This document shows positions 35,254 through 44,959 of a DNA stretch of 54,562 bases, piece after piece. Both the position numbers and the translations under genes were made by a program. This stretch comes from a virus: the IMG/VR virus record IMGVR_UViG_3300014024_000065, one strand, 5' to 3'. Position 1 is the stretch's first letter. Each line of letters begins with the position of its first letter. The notes under the pieces were generated by a model. That model was not told the DNA's origin. It ran no database searches and was given only the letters and a program-made list of their open reading frames with translations.

Positions 35254-36000
35254 ATGACAACAGTAAACGAAGCATTACAAGATCTAGCCGCTTTGGTGGG
35301 CTCTGGCACTCCCGTCGGAAATGGTGAGTGTTATGCACTCGCTAGCTACTACGAGACTCTCATCAATCCAGACAGCACGGTTGGGCTGGGAGCTGGCGTT
35401 GGCTATGTAAGTGGCGCAATCGGTGACACTATTTGCGCTGCTAACATCGGAACAAGCTATGACTGGGAAGCCAACGGCTGGACGGTTACTAGTGATGGAG
35501 TTTTGCAGAGTGGTCAGATTTTGACCATCGAAGGAACAAATTGGAACCCATACGGTCACGTCGTGGTTGTTGAATCTGTCAACGGTGATCAATTGGTTGT
35601 AATTGAGCAAAATTACGCTGGCGCTCGCTATCCTGTACGCAACTACTACAGTGCGTCTGATTACATTCAGACCGTGGCACACTTCATCACACCAGTGCAA
35701 TCAGGCGGCGAAATTGCTGACGAAGCTGCTAGCGTATCTGGCTCAAATCAATACGCCGAAAACGGCACAATGACCGTGACTGTGGATGCTATCAATGTCC
35801 GCCGTGCTCCTGATACATCAGGAGAGGTAGTGGATCGATACACCAAAGGCCAAAGCTTTAAGTACGATACGGTAATCGTAGATGCTAATGGCTTTGTCTG
35901 GGTATCTTATGTCGGCGGAAGTGGTAATCGCAATTATGTAGCAACTGGCCCTACTCAAAACGGTAAGCGTTACGGCGCAGCTTGGGGCACGTTTAAATAA
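35254..36000 (+). CDS. Endolysin (CHAP amidase/peptidase + SH3b-type wall-binding domain)
   Basis: CHAP Cys in GNGECYALASYY and His in YGHVVVVES. The C-terminal INVRRAPDTSGEVVDRYTKGQSFKYD is SH3-like. Confidence 0.88.
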   Translation: MTTVNEALQDLAALVGSGTPVGNGECYALASYYETLINPDSTVGLGAGVGYVSGAIGDTICAANIGTSYDWEANGWTVTSDGVLQSGQILTIEGTNWNPYGHVVVVESVNGDQLVVIEQNYAGARYPVRNYYSASDYIQTVAHFITPVQSGGEIADEAASVSGSNQYAENGTMTVTVDAINVRRAPDTSGEVVDRYTKGQSFKYDTVIVDANGFVWVSYVGGSGNRNYVATGPTQNGKRYGAAWGTFK

Positions 36001-36050
36001 AAAACGCAGCGGAAACTGCGAAAAAAATATCTTTCTTAAATTTTAATCTA

Positions 36051-36077
36051 CCCCGGCCAAAAGGCTGGGGCTTTTTT
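36051..36077 (+). terminator. Intrinsic terminator after the lysin gene
   Basis: CCCCGGCC-AAAA-GGCTGGGG followed by CTTTTTT. Confidence 0.8.
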
Positions 36078-36175
36078 ATATAGTGTTAGATAAATAATTG
36101 TCTCTAAACGGAAAATCTAGAAAATGTCCGCTCTGACGGACTTAGGCAGACTGGCAGCGATGTCGGTCTGTTTTT

Positions 36176-36194
36176 GCCCCAAATCCGCCCCAAA
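36176..36194. promoter_or_regulatory. Candidate integrase arm-type site, P arm (GCCCCAAATCCGCCCCAAA)
   Basis: Exact copy of 1096..1114. Confidence 0.5.
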
Positions 36195-36234
36195 ATATTT
36201 TTAAAGTTAGTCTGGTTTAACCTAACAGAAAATC

Positions 36235-36260
36235 AAAAAAGCCCGATTTTACGGGCTTTT
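36235..36260. terminator. Bidirectional terminator inside the prophage right end; serves the reconstituted tRNA-Cys in minus sense
   Basis: AAAAAA-GCCCG-ATTTTA-CGGGC-TTTT, about 35 nt downstream (minus sense) of the tRNA 3' end. Confidence 0.65.
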
Positions 36261-36292
36261 CATTAGGTTGATTCCTGATAAGTCAGGTATTG

Positions 36293-36310
36293 AAAGGCGG
36301 TAGACGGATT
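36293..36310. repeat. attR core
   Basis: Identical to 1042..1059 and overlaps the 3' end of tRNA-Cys. Confidence 0.8.
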
Positions 36311-36365
36311 TGAACCGACGATCAAGCTTTTGCAGAGCCGTGCCTTACCACTTGGCTATACCGCC
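36295..36365 (-). tRNA. tRNA-Cys (GCA)
   Basis: Minus-strand 71-nt sequence GGCGGTATAGCCAAGTGGTAAGGCACGGCTCTGCAAAAGCTTGATCGTCGGTTCAAATCCGTCTACCGCCT. It has the acceptor stem GGCGGTA/TACCGCC, the anticodon loop CTGCAAA and the T loop TTCAAAT. CCA is not encoded. Confidence 0.85.
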
Positions 36366-36491
36366 ACAACTCTTACTATTCTACCTTAAAATGGCCTGTT
36401 CGTCAAGAGCCTGACCCGACTTAAGTGAGAATTTCTTGAAGGATGGCTAGCAGATGGGCCGAATCAAAGCGAGAAAATAGTGTCCAAAGAC

Positions 36492-36520
36492 TTGTCAAAA
36501 GCTAGAAAATTTGATATGAT
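36492..36520 (+). promoter_or_regulatory. rpsB promoter (TTGTCA-17-TGaTATGAT)
   Basis: -35 at 36492..36497 and -10 at 36515..36520 with an upstream TG. A structured leader of about 120 nt follows, with hairpins GCCGTTTAAACGGC and GAGC..GCTC. Confidence 0.55.
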
Positions 36521-36640
36521 AGTAGATGCCGTTTAAACGGCAGAAATACTCATTTTAGATGAATTGTGGAGCCGTTGCCGATCGGTAGCTCTGCGAGCTG
36601 AAATCTAAGAGAGGAAAAAAACAAAAAGGAGAATTTACTC

Positions 36641-37423
36641 ATGGCAGTAATTTCAATGAAACAACTTCTTGAGGCTGGTGTTCACTTTGGTCACCAAACT
36701 CGTCGCTGGAACCCTAAGATGGCTAAGTACATCTTCACTGAGCGTAATGGTATCCACGTTATCGACCTTCAACAAACTGTAAAATACGCAGATCAAGCTT
36801 ACGACTTCATGCGTGATGCAGCTGCAAACGATGCAGTTATCTTGTTTGTTGGTACTAAAAAGCAAGCTGCTGAAGCTGTAAAAGAAGAAGCAGAACGTGC
36901 TGGTCAATACTACATCAACCACCGTTGGTTGGGTGGAACTCTTACAAACTGGACAACTATCCAAAAACGTGTTGCTCGTTTGAAAGAAATCAAACGTATG
37001 GAAGAAGAAGGAATCTTCGAAGTTCTTCCTAAGAAGGAAGTAGCACTTTTGAACAAACAACGTGCTCGTCTTGAAAAATTCTTGGGTGGTATCGAAGATA
37101 TGCCTCGCATCCCAGATGTAATGTACATCGTTGACCCTCATAAAGAGCAAATCGCTGTTAAGGAAGCTAAGAAACTTGGTATTCCAGTAGTTGCGATGGT
37201 TGACACAAACACTGATCCAGACGATATCGATGTGATTATCCCTGCTAACGACGACGCTATCCGTGCTGTTAAATTGATCACTGCGAAAATGGCTGATGCT
37301 GTTATCGAAGGCCGTCAAGGTGAGGACGCTGTAGCGACTGTTGAAGCAGAATTTGCTGCAACTGAAACTCAAGCAGACTCAATCGAAGAAATCGTTGAAG
37401 TTGTAGAAGGCGACAACGCATAA
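36641..37423 (+). CDS. rpsB: 30S ribosomal protein S2
   Basis: 260 aa, [27 protein letters not shown]. Confidence 0.97.
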   Translation: MAVISMKQLLEAGVHFGHQTRRWNPKMAKYIFTERNGIHVIDLQQTVKYADQAYDFMRDAAANDAVILFVGTKKQAAEAVKEEAERAGQYYINHRWLGGTLTNWTTIQKRVARLKEIKRMEEEGIFEVLPKKEVALLNKQRARLEKFLGGIEDMPRIPDVMYIVDPHKEQIAVKEAKKLGIPVVAMVDTNTDPDDIDVIIPANDDAIRAVKLITAKMADAVIEGRQGEDAVATVEAEFAATETQADSIEEIVEVVEGDNA

Positions 37424-37447
37424 TTTTCATAAGTCAATTAACCTAAA

Positions 37448-37477
37448 GGGGCGGGGCTCAGCCCAGCCCCTTTATTT
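37448..37477 (+). terminator. Hairpin/attenuator between rpsB and tsf
   Basis: GGGGCGGGGCT-CA-GCCCAGCCCC followed by TTTATTT. Confidence 0.55.
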
Positions 37478-37504
37478 AAAAATAGTAAACATAGGAGAAG
37501 AAAA

Positions 37505-38548
37505 ATGGCAGAAATTACAGCTAAGCTTGTAAAAGAATTGCGCGAAAAATCTGGTGCTGGTGTCATGGACGCTAAGAAAGCATTGGTTGAAACTGATGGT
37601 GACATCGAAAAAGCGATTGAATTGCTTCGCGAAAAAGGTATGGCAAAAGCAGCTAAGAAGGCTGACCGTGTTGCCGCTGAAGGTTTGACAGGCGTTTATG
37701 TGGATGGTAACGTTGCAGCTATCGTTGAAGTCAATGCTGAAACTGACTTTGTTGCGAAAAACGCTCAATTTGTTGAATTGGTAAATGCTACTGCAAAAGT
37801 AATCGCAGAAGGCAAGCCAGCTAACAACGAAGAAGCATTTGCATTGACAATGCCTTCAGGTGAAACTCTTGAAGCTGCATATGTATCTGCAACTGCAACT
37901 ATCGGAGAAAAAATCTCATTCCGTCGTTTTGCTTTGGTTGAAAAGACTGATGCTCAACACTTTGGTGCTTACCAACACAACGGTGGTCGTATCGGTGTTG
38001 TCTCAGTGATTGATGGTGGCGATGACGCTCTTGCGAAACAAATTTCTATGCATATCGCTGCGATGAAACCAACTGTTCTTTCATACAAAGAATTGGATGA
38101 GCAATTTGTTAAAGATGAATTGGCACAATTGAACCACGCGATCGATCAAGACAATGAAAGCCGCGCTATGGTTGACAAGCCAGCACTTCCACACTTGAAA
38201 TATGGTTCAAAAGCTCAGTTGACTGACGAAGTGATTGCACAAGCTGAAGCTGACATCAAAGCTGAATTGGCTGCTGAAGGCAAACCAGAAAAAATCTGGG
38301 ATAAAATCATCCCAGGTAAAATGGATCGCTTCTTACTTGACAACACTAAAGTTGACCAAGCTTACACACTTCTTGCACAAGTGTACATCATGGATGACAG
38401 CAAGACAGTTGAAGCTTACCTTGAATCAGTGAATGCTTCAGTAGTTGAGTTTGTTCGCTTTGAAGTTGGTGAAGGTATTGAAAAAGCAGCTAACGACTTC
38501 GAATCAGAAGTTGCAGCAACAATGGCAGCTGCTCTTGGCCAAAACTAA
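37505..38548 (+). CDS. tsf: Elongation factor Ts
   Basis: 347 aa, [45 protein letters not shown]. Confidence 0.97.
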   Translation: MAEITAKLVKELREKSGAGVMDAKKALVETDGDIEKAIELLREKGMAKAAKKADRVAAEGLTGVYVDGNVAAIVEVNAETDFVAKNAQFVELVNATAKVIAEGKPANNEEAFALTMPSGETLEAAYVSATATIGEKISFRRFALVEKTDAQHFGAYQHNGGRIGVVSVIDGGDDALAKQISMHIAAMKPTVLSYKELDEQFVKDELAQLNHAIDQDNESRAMVDKPALPHLKYGSKAQLTDEVIAQAEADIKAELAAEGKPEKIWDKIIPGKMDRFLLDNTKVDQAYTLLAQVYIMDDSKTVEAYLESVNASVVEFVRFEVGEGIEKAANDFESEVAATMAAALGQN

Positions 38549-38565
38549 TCTAAGTTTATAACAAA

Positions 38566-38605
38566 AAAAGATTGAAGAGAAATCATTTCTTTTCAATCTT
38601 TTTTA
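38566..38605. terminator. Terminator between convergent tsf and the VIT gene
   Basis: AGATTGAAGA ... TCTTTTCAATCT flanked by an A-run and a T-run. Confidence 0.7.
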
Positions 38606-38631
38606 TTATGCTGGTCTGAATAGCTCTTCTT

Positions 38632-39321
38632 TTAAATTGAGAAGAACTGGCCTAGGAGATAGGTGACAGCCATGGTCAAAAGTCCGATAGTGAGGTTACG
38701 GATCATGGCATTTTTAATGGGTGCCTGTCCCAATTTTGCACTGGTATAGCCGGTTCCCAAGAGAGAAAGAGCTACAACAAGGACGGTCGCTGGAATCCTA
38801 TAGGCAGCCGGAAGCAGAACGATGGTCAGCATAGGAAAGATTGCACCTATGGCAAAGGCTAGAAAGCTGGATATAGCTGCATGCCAAGGATTAGTGAACT
38901 CTTCGACCTCAATGCCGTACTTTTCCTCGACCAAGGCCTTGAGCGGATCCTGCAAGAAGGCGCGATTGGTCAAGAGTTGGGCAGAAGTCTCGCACTCACC
39001 GTTTTGGACGTAGGAGGCGTAGAGCGACTGTCTAGCAATATCTGGATTCTTTTCTAAGAGTTCTCGCTCTCTAGCCACTGCAGCCTCCTCAGTGTCCTTC
39101 TGAGTGGAGACGGATACGTACTCCCCGCCTGCCATAGAAAAGGCGCCAGCAAAGACAGCAGCCAGACCAGATAGAAAGATAATCCAAACATCTTCCGTCG
39201 CACTGGCCACTCCGATGACCACCCCTGCGATAGAAATAATACCGTCGTTGGCCCCCAAAACCCCAGCCCGCAAAATATTCAGGCGTCCGCTAAAATTTTT
39301 GTCAATCTTATGTTCTTCCAT
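38632..39321 (-). CDS. VIT1/CCC1-family metal (Fe/Mn) transporter
   Basis: 229 aa. N-terminal RAGVLGANDGIISIAGVVIGVA, with a central soluble helical segment between TM blocks. Confidence 0.85.
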   Translation of the reverse strand: MEEHKIDKNFSGRLNILRAGVLGANDGIISIAGVVIGVASATEDVWIIFLSGLAAVFAGAFSMAGGEYVSVSTQKDTEEAAVARERELLEKNPDIARQSLYASYVQNGECETSAQLLTNRAFLQDPLKALVEEKYGIEVEEFTNPWHAAISSFLAFAIGAIFPMLTIVLLPAAYRIPATVLVVALSLLGTGYTSAKLGQAPIKNAMIRNLTIGLLTMAVTYLLGQFFSI

Positions 39322-39499
39322 TCTAAAACTTTTCTCTTTTCTTTTTATTTGTAATGATTATAAATAAAAAGAATAAGGATAGCGAGTGAAAGTAGGAAAA
39401 TGAGAAAAGTCCGACGATTTAAGGGAAAATTCTTATCAAAAAAGGGCCGTTTTAAACGACTCCTTTCTTTGTAATCACGATAATGTTGTAGCCAACTGA

Positions 39500-42001
39500 T
39501 TATTTCACCACGATATTAACCAGTTTATTCGGCACACTAATGACTTTCACGACTTCTTTACCAGCGATTTCAGACTTAATTTTCTCATCTGCCAGAGCGA
39601 TTTCCTGCAGTTCCTCGCGGCTCAGGTCCTTGGCTACGACTAGCTTAGCACGAACTTTGCCCTTGATTTGAACTACGATTTCGACCTCTGCCTCGACCAG
39701 TTTGCTTTCGTCATAAGTTGGCCAAGCTACATAGGAAATGCTCTCGCCAGTTTGAGCTACTGCCTGCCAGAGTTCTTCAGCCAAGTGCGGTGCAAAAGGC
39801 GCCAGCAATTGGATAAAGCCTTTGGCATATTCGACATAGAGCTTCTCTTCCTTGTTGGCTGCATTGACAAAGATCATGAGCTGGGCAATGGCTGTGTTAA
39901 ACTTGAGCTCCTCAATCTGGTCTGTGACAGACTTGACTGTTTCGTGGTAGACCTTGTCGAGTGCTCCGCTATTTTCCGCAACGATTTCTTTACTTGTGAT
40001 CAAACGATAGACACGATCTAGGAACTTGCGGCTGCCTTCCAGACCTTCCTCGCTCCAAGCGATGGATGCATCTAATGGTCCCATGAACATTTCATAAACA
40101 CGAAGGGTATCGGCGCCGTATTGTTCCACCACATCGTCTGGGTTGACCACATTCTTGAGGGACTTAGACATCTTAGCAGGCGCTTGCTCTAGTTCTTCTC
40201 CCGTTTCGATGTTGAAGAAGGAACCATCGCGTTTTTCCACCTTATCTGTCGCTACAAGAGCACCGCGGTGGTCACGGTAGCTAGTCCCCAAGATCATTCC
40301 TTGGTTAAAGAGTTTTTGGAAAGGCTCTTTTGTTGGAACGACACCGAGGTCATAAAGGAATTTATGCCAGAAGCGAGCATAGAGGAGATGGAGCACAGCG
40401 TGCTCTGCGCCGCCGATGTAAATATCAACAGGAAGCCAAGCCTTGAGCAGGTCTTCGTCTGCTAACTTCTCATTATTGTGCGGGTCAATGTAACGCAGGT
40501 AATACCAGCTAGAACCTGCCCATTGCGGCATGGTGTTGGTTTCGCGGCGTCCTTTGACACCGTCTTCGCGAGTCACTTCCAGCCAGTCAGTCAGATTGGC
40601 CAGAGGGCTTTCACCGGTACCAGAAGGACGGATATCCTTGGTTACAGGCAAGACAAGTGGCAGTTCATTTTCAGGGACAGCTGTTGAAGTGCCATCTTCC
40701 CAATGAATGATTGGAATTGGCTCACCCCAGTAGCGTTGACGGCTAAAGAGCCAGTCACGCAGGCGATAGGTGACTTTTTCATTTCCGACACCTTCCGCTT
40801 CTAGCCAAGAAACCATCTTATCAATCGCGGCAGCCTTGTCCAAGCCATCTAGGAAGCCAGAGTTAATATGCGGACCGTCTTCTGTGTAAGCAGCTTCAGC
40901 AACATTGCCACCCTCTAGAACCGGAATAATCTCTAAATCAAACTGCTTAGCAAACTCCCAGTCGCGCTCATCGTGCGCAGGAACGGCCATGATAGCCCCT
41001 GTTCCGTAGCTTGCAAGCACATAGTCGGCAATCCAGATTGGGATTTCCTTGCCATTGACAGGATTGATGGCATAAGCTCCTGTCCATACCCCGGTCTTCT
41101 CCTTAGCCAAATCAGTCCGAGCCAGGTCAGATTTGAGGCTGGCTGCATGTTTGTAGTCTGCAACTGCTTGGGCTTGTTCTGCACTTGTAATAGCGTCTAC
41201 CAGTGCATGCTCTGGAGCCAAAACAGCATAGGTCGCACCAAAAAGGGTGTCCGGACGAGTCGTAAAGACGGTAAAGTCCTTGTCAGTGTCCTTAATCTTG
41301 AAGGTTACATTGGCACCGATTGACTTCCCGATCCAGTTGCGCTGCATATCCTTGATAGACTCTGGCCAGTCCAGCTCCTCCAAGTCATTGAGCAAACGTT
41401 CTGCATAGGCTGTGATTTTCAGCATCCACTGGCGCATAGGCTTGCGGACGACTGGATAGCCACCACGCTCAGATGTGCCATCTGGCAGAACTTCTTCGTT
41501 AGCGATAGCAGTTCCCAGCTCTTCCACCCAGTTTACTGGGACTTCAGCTTCATAAGCCAGGCCTTTTTCATAAAGCTTGGTGAAAATCCACTGGGTCCAC
41601 TTGTAGTAGTTGGGGTCAGTTGTATTGACTTCCCGATCCCAGTCGTAAGAAAAACCAAGCGCATTGATTTGGCGTTTGAAGTTGGCAATGTTTTCTGCTG
41701 TAAAGTCAGCCGGGTCATTGCCTGTATCCATAGCGTACTGCTCGGCTGGCAGTCCAAAGGCATCCCAACCCATTGGGTGAAGGACATTGTAGCCTTGGGC
41801 GCGCTTGTAACGACTGAGGATATCCGTCGCTGTATAGCCTTCTGGGTGTCCTACGTGCAGACCAGCTCCTGATGGATAAGGGAACATATCCAGCGCATAA
41901 AAGTTAGGTTTGTCCTTGTCCGTACCTGTCTTAAATGTATGGTGCTCAGCCCAGTATTTCTGCCACTTGGGCTCGATTTCTTTGTGATTGTAAGTTGCCA
42001 T
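39500..42001 (-). CDS. leuS: Leucyl-tRNA synthetase
   Basis: HIGH motif in [16 protein letters not shown] and KMSKS motif in AKMSKSLKN. Start set to ATG 42001 ([14 protein letters not shown]), 9 nt after a GGAGAG RBS. Confidence 0.97.
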   Translation of the reverse strand: MATYNHKEIEPKWQKYWAEHHTFKTGTDKDKPNFYALDMFPYPSGAGLHVGHPEGYTATDILSRYKRAQGYNVLHPMGWDAFGLPAEQYAMDTGNDPADFTAENIANFKRQINALGFSYDWDREVNTTDPNYYKWTQWIFTKLYEKGLAYEAEVPVNWVEELGTAIANEEVLPDGTSERGGYPVVRKPMRQWMLKITAYAERLLNDLEELDWPESIKDMQRNWIGKSIGANVTFKIKDTDKDFTVFTTRPDTLFGATYAVLAPEHALVDAITSAEQAQAVADYKHAASLKSDLARTDLAKEKTGVWTGAYAINPVNGKEIPIWIADYVLASYGTGAIMAVPAHDERDWEFAKQFDLEIIPVLEGGNVAEAAYTEDGPHINSGFLDGLDKAAAIDKMVSWLEAEGVGNEKVTYRLRDWLFSRQRYWGEPIPIIHWEDGTSTAVPENELPLVLPVTKDIRPSGTGESPLANLTDWLEVTREDGVKGRRETNTMPQWAGSSWYYLRYIDPHNNEKLADEDLLKAWLPVDIYIGGAEHAVLHLLYARFWHKFLYDLGVVPTKEPFQKLFNQGMILGTSYRDHRGALVATDKVEKRDGSFFNIETGEELEQAPAKMSKSLKNVVNPDDVVEQYGADTLRVYEMFMGPLDASIAWSEEGLEGSRKFLDRVYRLITSKEIVAENSGALDKVYHETVKSVTDQIEELKFNTAIAQLMIFVNAANKEEKLYVEYAKGFIQLLAPFAPHLAEELWQAVAQTGESISYVAWPTYDESKLVEAEVEIVVQIKGKVRAKLVVAKDLSREELQEIALADEKIKSEIAGKEVVKVISVPNKLVNIVVK

Positions 42002-42052
42002 AATCATTTACTCTCCAACGATCTTTTCTGTGTTCTAAACACGTTTCTATCT

Positions 42053-42061
42053 ATTATACCA
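42053..42061 (-). promoter_or_regulatory. leuS extended -10 promoter (TGgTATAAT)
   Basis: The reverse complement of ATTATACCA. It leaves a leader of only about 45 nt. Confidence 0.5.
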
Positions 42062-42181
42062 TTTTCAAGGGATTTTGAAAGTAACCGACGAAGGAGAATG
42101 AAGAAAATCTTTGCGGATTGACCTTGACTTATTTTTAAAAACAGATAGAATGAAAGCAAGTTTAAAAAAGTGATGTTGAGG

Positions 42182-42847
42182 ATGACAAGAAAGATTTTAT
42201 TTCAGATTATTGAGCCCCATCAAAAAGGAAAATGCGATTGAAAAAGCCTATGATGTGCTTATGTTCCTGACTATTATTGTCAGCCTGATCCCCCTGACCA
42301 CCAAGAGTCACACCGGAATCTTCATGTGGTTGGATTTTGTGTCAACGATTATTTTTATTATTGACTATATCCTTCGGCTTCTAACGGCTGATTATAAATT
42401 GGGAAAGGGGAAGCTTTCTTTTTTCCTCTATCCTTTTATCTTTCTGGCGCTGGCTGATTTGCTCTGCATTTTACCTTCCTTTTTTTGTTGAATAATAGTT
42501 TGCGGCTCTTTAAGTTTATTCGCTATTCTAAAAATATCCAAATATTGACCAATGTCTTAAAAAAGCAGAAGGACAGTTTGATGATCGTGGGTCTTTTGGC
42601 TCTCGGCTATATCTTTATCTCTGCCCTTATCATTTTTAATGTCGAAGCTAGCACATTTCCTAATTTTTTTGACGCCCTCTACTGGGCGACCATCTCCTTG
42701 ACGACGGTTGGCTATGGTGATATTTACGCAGTTTCAACGACTGGAAAAATTATTACCATGATTTCTTCCTTTTTATGAATCGCCATTGTGGCTCTGCCCG
42801 CTGGTATCATCACAGCCGGTTATATGAAAGAAATCAAAGAACTATAA
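42182..42847 (+). pseudogene. Ion-transport/K+ channel protein (TVGYGD filter), disrupted by two frameshifts and one in-frame TGA
   Basis: MTRKILFQIIEPHQK shifts frame at the A5 run 42222..42226 and continues as KENAIEKAYDV... A second shift occurs at the T7 run 42480..42486 and leads into LNNSLRLFKFIRY..TTVGYGD..ISSFL. A TGA at 42776 is followed in frame by IAIVALPAGIITAGYMKEIKEL. Confidence 0.8.
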
Positions 42848-42892
42848 AAACCTGTTTGGGAAGGCTCTAATGCCTTCCCAAACAGGTTTTTT
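42847..42892. terminator. Bidirectional terminator between the channel pseudogene and pepO
   Basis: Perfect 15-bp stem CCTGTTTGGGAAGGC / GCCTTCCCAAACAGG flanked by an A-run and a T-run. Confidence 0.85.
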
Positions 42893-42918
42893 GATTGATT
42901 AAATATTATTAAAGTCGC

Positions 42919-44811
42919 TTACCAAATCACTACCCGTTCTTCTGGACTGCGCCACATACCGTCTCCTTCTTGGACATCAAAGGTCGTAAAGAAGTCGTCA
43001 AAGTTAGGTAGCTGGACATTGGTCCGAAGTTTAGCGGGCGCATGGACATCGACGCTGGCTAGAAGCTTCATGTACTCTTCGCGTCCCTTCATCCGCCAGA
43101 TGCGGGCAAAGTTGGTGAAGAATTCCTCCGCAGAGAAATCGTCTTCTTTCTTGGCTGCTTCGAGAGCCGCTGCAATACCACCTAAGTCCGCCACATTTTC
43201 TGAAACAGTCAGCTTGCCATTGACCTTGGCACCGTAAGAATCTAGACCTTCGAACTGGTCAATGACTTTCTGAGTCCGCTCAGTAAAGGCTTGGTAGTCA
43301 TGCTCCGTCCACCAGTTGTTGAGGCTGCCGTTTTCATCAAAGGAAGCGCCGTTGGTATCAAAGGCATGGGAAATCTCATGGGCAATAACCGCACCGATAC
43401 CACCATAATTGGCTGAAGAGGACTGGTGCAGGTCATAGAATGGTGCCTGCAGGATAGCCGCTGGAAAGACAATCAGGTTTTTCTGAGGATTATAGTAGGC
43501 ATTGACCATGTGGGCTGGCATTCCCCATTCTTTGTAATCCACTGGCTGGTTCCACTTGCTCCAACCATGCTTGATTTCCACTTGTCGCAGCTTTTGAGCA
43601 TTTTCGAAGAGGCTGAGATTTTCATCCACAATCTTGTCTGCGTAGCGCTCAGGCAACTCCTCTGGGTAGCCGATATAAGGCTTGATGACATTGAGTTTGA
43701 CAATGGCCTTGTCCCGAGTTTCTGGTGTCAGCCAGTCATTGCCTGCGAGGCGTTCCTTGTAGACTTGGATCATGTTGGCTACTTTTTGCTCCACATCGGC
43801 CTTGGCTTCAGGGGAGAATTTTTGTCCAGCATACCAGAGTCCGATGGCTTGATTGAAAGGCGCTTGAGCTAGGTAAAAGGCAGCTTTTTTCTTGTCTTGC
43901 GCCTGAGGTGTTCCAGATAGGGCGCGACGGTAAGCGCCTGCTAGGACACGGATTTCGTCAGTCAAGTAGGCTTCAGCTGACGCGATAGCATTAAAGATAA
44001 GCACGGCCTTGAGCAGGGGCCAAGTCTCTTCGCAGTAGAATTGGTTGGCAGCTTGCCAGAAACGCTCCTCAGGTACGATAATCTGGTCAGGAATTTGCCC
44101 GATGAGTTGGGTGAAGATCGCATCTAAAGGTAGATTCGGTGCTAAGGCTTTGAAATTTTCCCACTTGTAAGGGTGGTAAAGCTTGGCATATTCTGAACTT
44201 TCCTCCCGTGACAGAACGACTTTGGCAATTCGAGCATCCAGTTCTAAAACCTTATCCAGCAAATCTTGAATTTCTTCTGCTGAAAATTCGAATTTTTGCA
44301 GCAAAGCTTCGGAAGATTCGCGCCATTTTTTTAAGAGCTTATCCTTTTGAGGATGCTCATCGGCATAGTAGGTTGTGTCTGGGAGAATAGTACCTGGTGC
44401 CTCTGCCCAAAGGACATTGATACGGGCGTCCATAAAGTCAGGCGCCACGCCAAAGGGAAAGAAATTGGGCTTGCCAGCCAGCTCAAACTCGGCAATCTTT
44501 GTGGTAAATTCTGCAAAGGAGTTGAGTGCTTGGTATTCCGCAATCAAAGGCAAAACAGGCTTGATACCGAGTGCTTCCCGCTTGTCATAGTCAGCTGCTA
44601 AACGATGGTACTTGATAAAGTTTTGCAAAATAGCATCGTCAGGGACTTCCTCACCCCGCAACCATTGATCAGTAGTGGAGAGCATCAGCTTTTCAATCTC
44701 ATCTGACAGATCTGTGAAGCCACCGGTGACAGGCTTGTCATCTGGGATAACGGCCGTTTTGGCCCATTCGCCATTAATGGCGTCATAAAAATCATCTTGT
44801 AAACGTGTCAT
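42919..44811 (-). CDS. pepO: M13-family zinc endopeptidase PepO
   Basis: HEISH zinc motif (VIAHEISHAFD) and ENVADLGG. Start set to ATG 44811 (MTRLQDDFYDAINGEW). Confidence 0.93.
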   Translation of the reverse strand: MTRLQDDFYDAINGEWAKTAVIPDDKPVTGGFTDLSDEIEKLMLSTTDQWLRGEEVPDDAILQNFIKYHRLAADYDKREALGIKPVLPLIAEYQALNSFAEFTTKIAEFELAGKPNFFPFGVAPDFMDARINVLWAEAPGTILPDTTYYADEHPQKDKLLKKWRESSEALLQKFEFSAEEIQDLLDKVLELDARIAKVVLSREESSEYAKLYHPYKWENFKALAPNLPLDAIFTQLIGQIPDQIIVPEERFWQAANQFYCEETWPLLKAVLIFNAIASAEAYLTDEIRVLAGAYRRALSGTPQAQDKKKAAFYLAQAPFNQAIGLWYAGQKFSPEAKADVEQKVANMIQVYKERLAGNDWLTPETRDKAIVKLNVIKPYIGYPEELPERYADKIVDENLSLFENAQKLRQVEIKHGWSKWNQPVDYKEWGMPAHMVNAYYNPQKNLIVFPAAILQAPFYDLHQSSSANYGGIGAVIAHEISHAFDTNGASFDENGSLNNWWTEHDYQAFTERTQKVIDQFEGLDSYGAKVNGKLTVSENVADLGGIAAALEAAKKEDDFSAEEFFTNFARIWRMKGREEYMKLLASVDVHAPAKLRTNVQLPNFDDFFTTFDVQEGDGMWRSPEERVVIW

Positions 44812-44901
44812 GTTTTTCTCACTTTCCTGCTTTTGATATAACCTTATCAAAATTAGCTCCTTTTTTCAAATATTTCTTATATTGATTTTAAGGATTTTTC
44901 G

Positions 44902-44939
44902 AAAATTAACTTGACTTAATTTTCATTTTAATGTATATT
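44902..44939 (+). promoter_or_regulatory. Mn-transporter promoter with DtxR-family (ScaR/PsaR-type) operator
   Basis: Palindromic AAAATTAACTTGACTTAATTTT (44902..44923) embeds the -35 TTGACT. A 17-nt spacer leads to TATATT at 44934..44939. Confidence 0.7.
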
Positions 44940-44959
44940 AAAACAAAAGAGGTATAACA

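Larger units (their letters stand above)
1042..36310. mobile_element. Integrated temperate siphovirus-type prophage (~35.3 kb) in the 3' end of tRNA-Cys
   Basis: 18-bp direct repeat AAAGGCGGTAGACGGATT at 1042..1059 and 36293..36310. An integrase lies next to the left junction. A complete lysogeny, early, packaging, head, tail and lysis gene order lies between the repeats. Confidence 0.9.

Noticed and set aside
36124-36204. 26-aa ORF (MSALTDLGRLAAMSVCFCPKSAPKYF) between lysin and attR as a possible type I toxin
   Set aside because: It has no RBS and is not convincingly hydrophobic. It overlaps the arm-type repeat, which explains the conservation better.
36653-37372. 239-aa ORF antisense to rpsB
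   Set aside because: It lies entirely inside the highly conserved rpsB gene on the opposite strand. It is a typical antisense shadow frame.
42008-42180. T-box riboswitch leader upstream of leuS
   Set aside because: The promoter (TGgTATAAT at 42053..42061) leaves only about 45 nt of leader. That is too short for a T-box, and I see no specifier/antiterminator architecture or T-box consensus.
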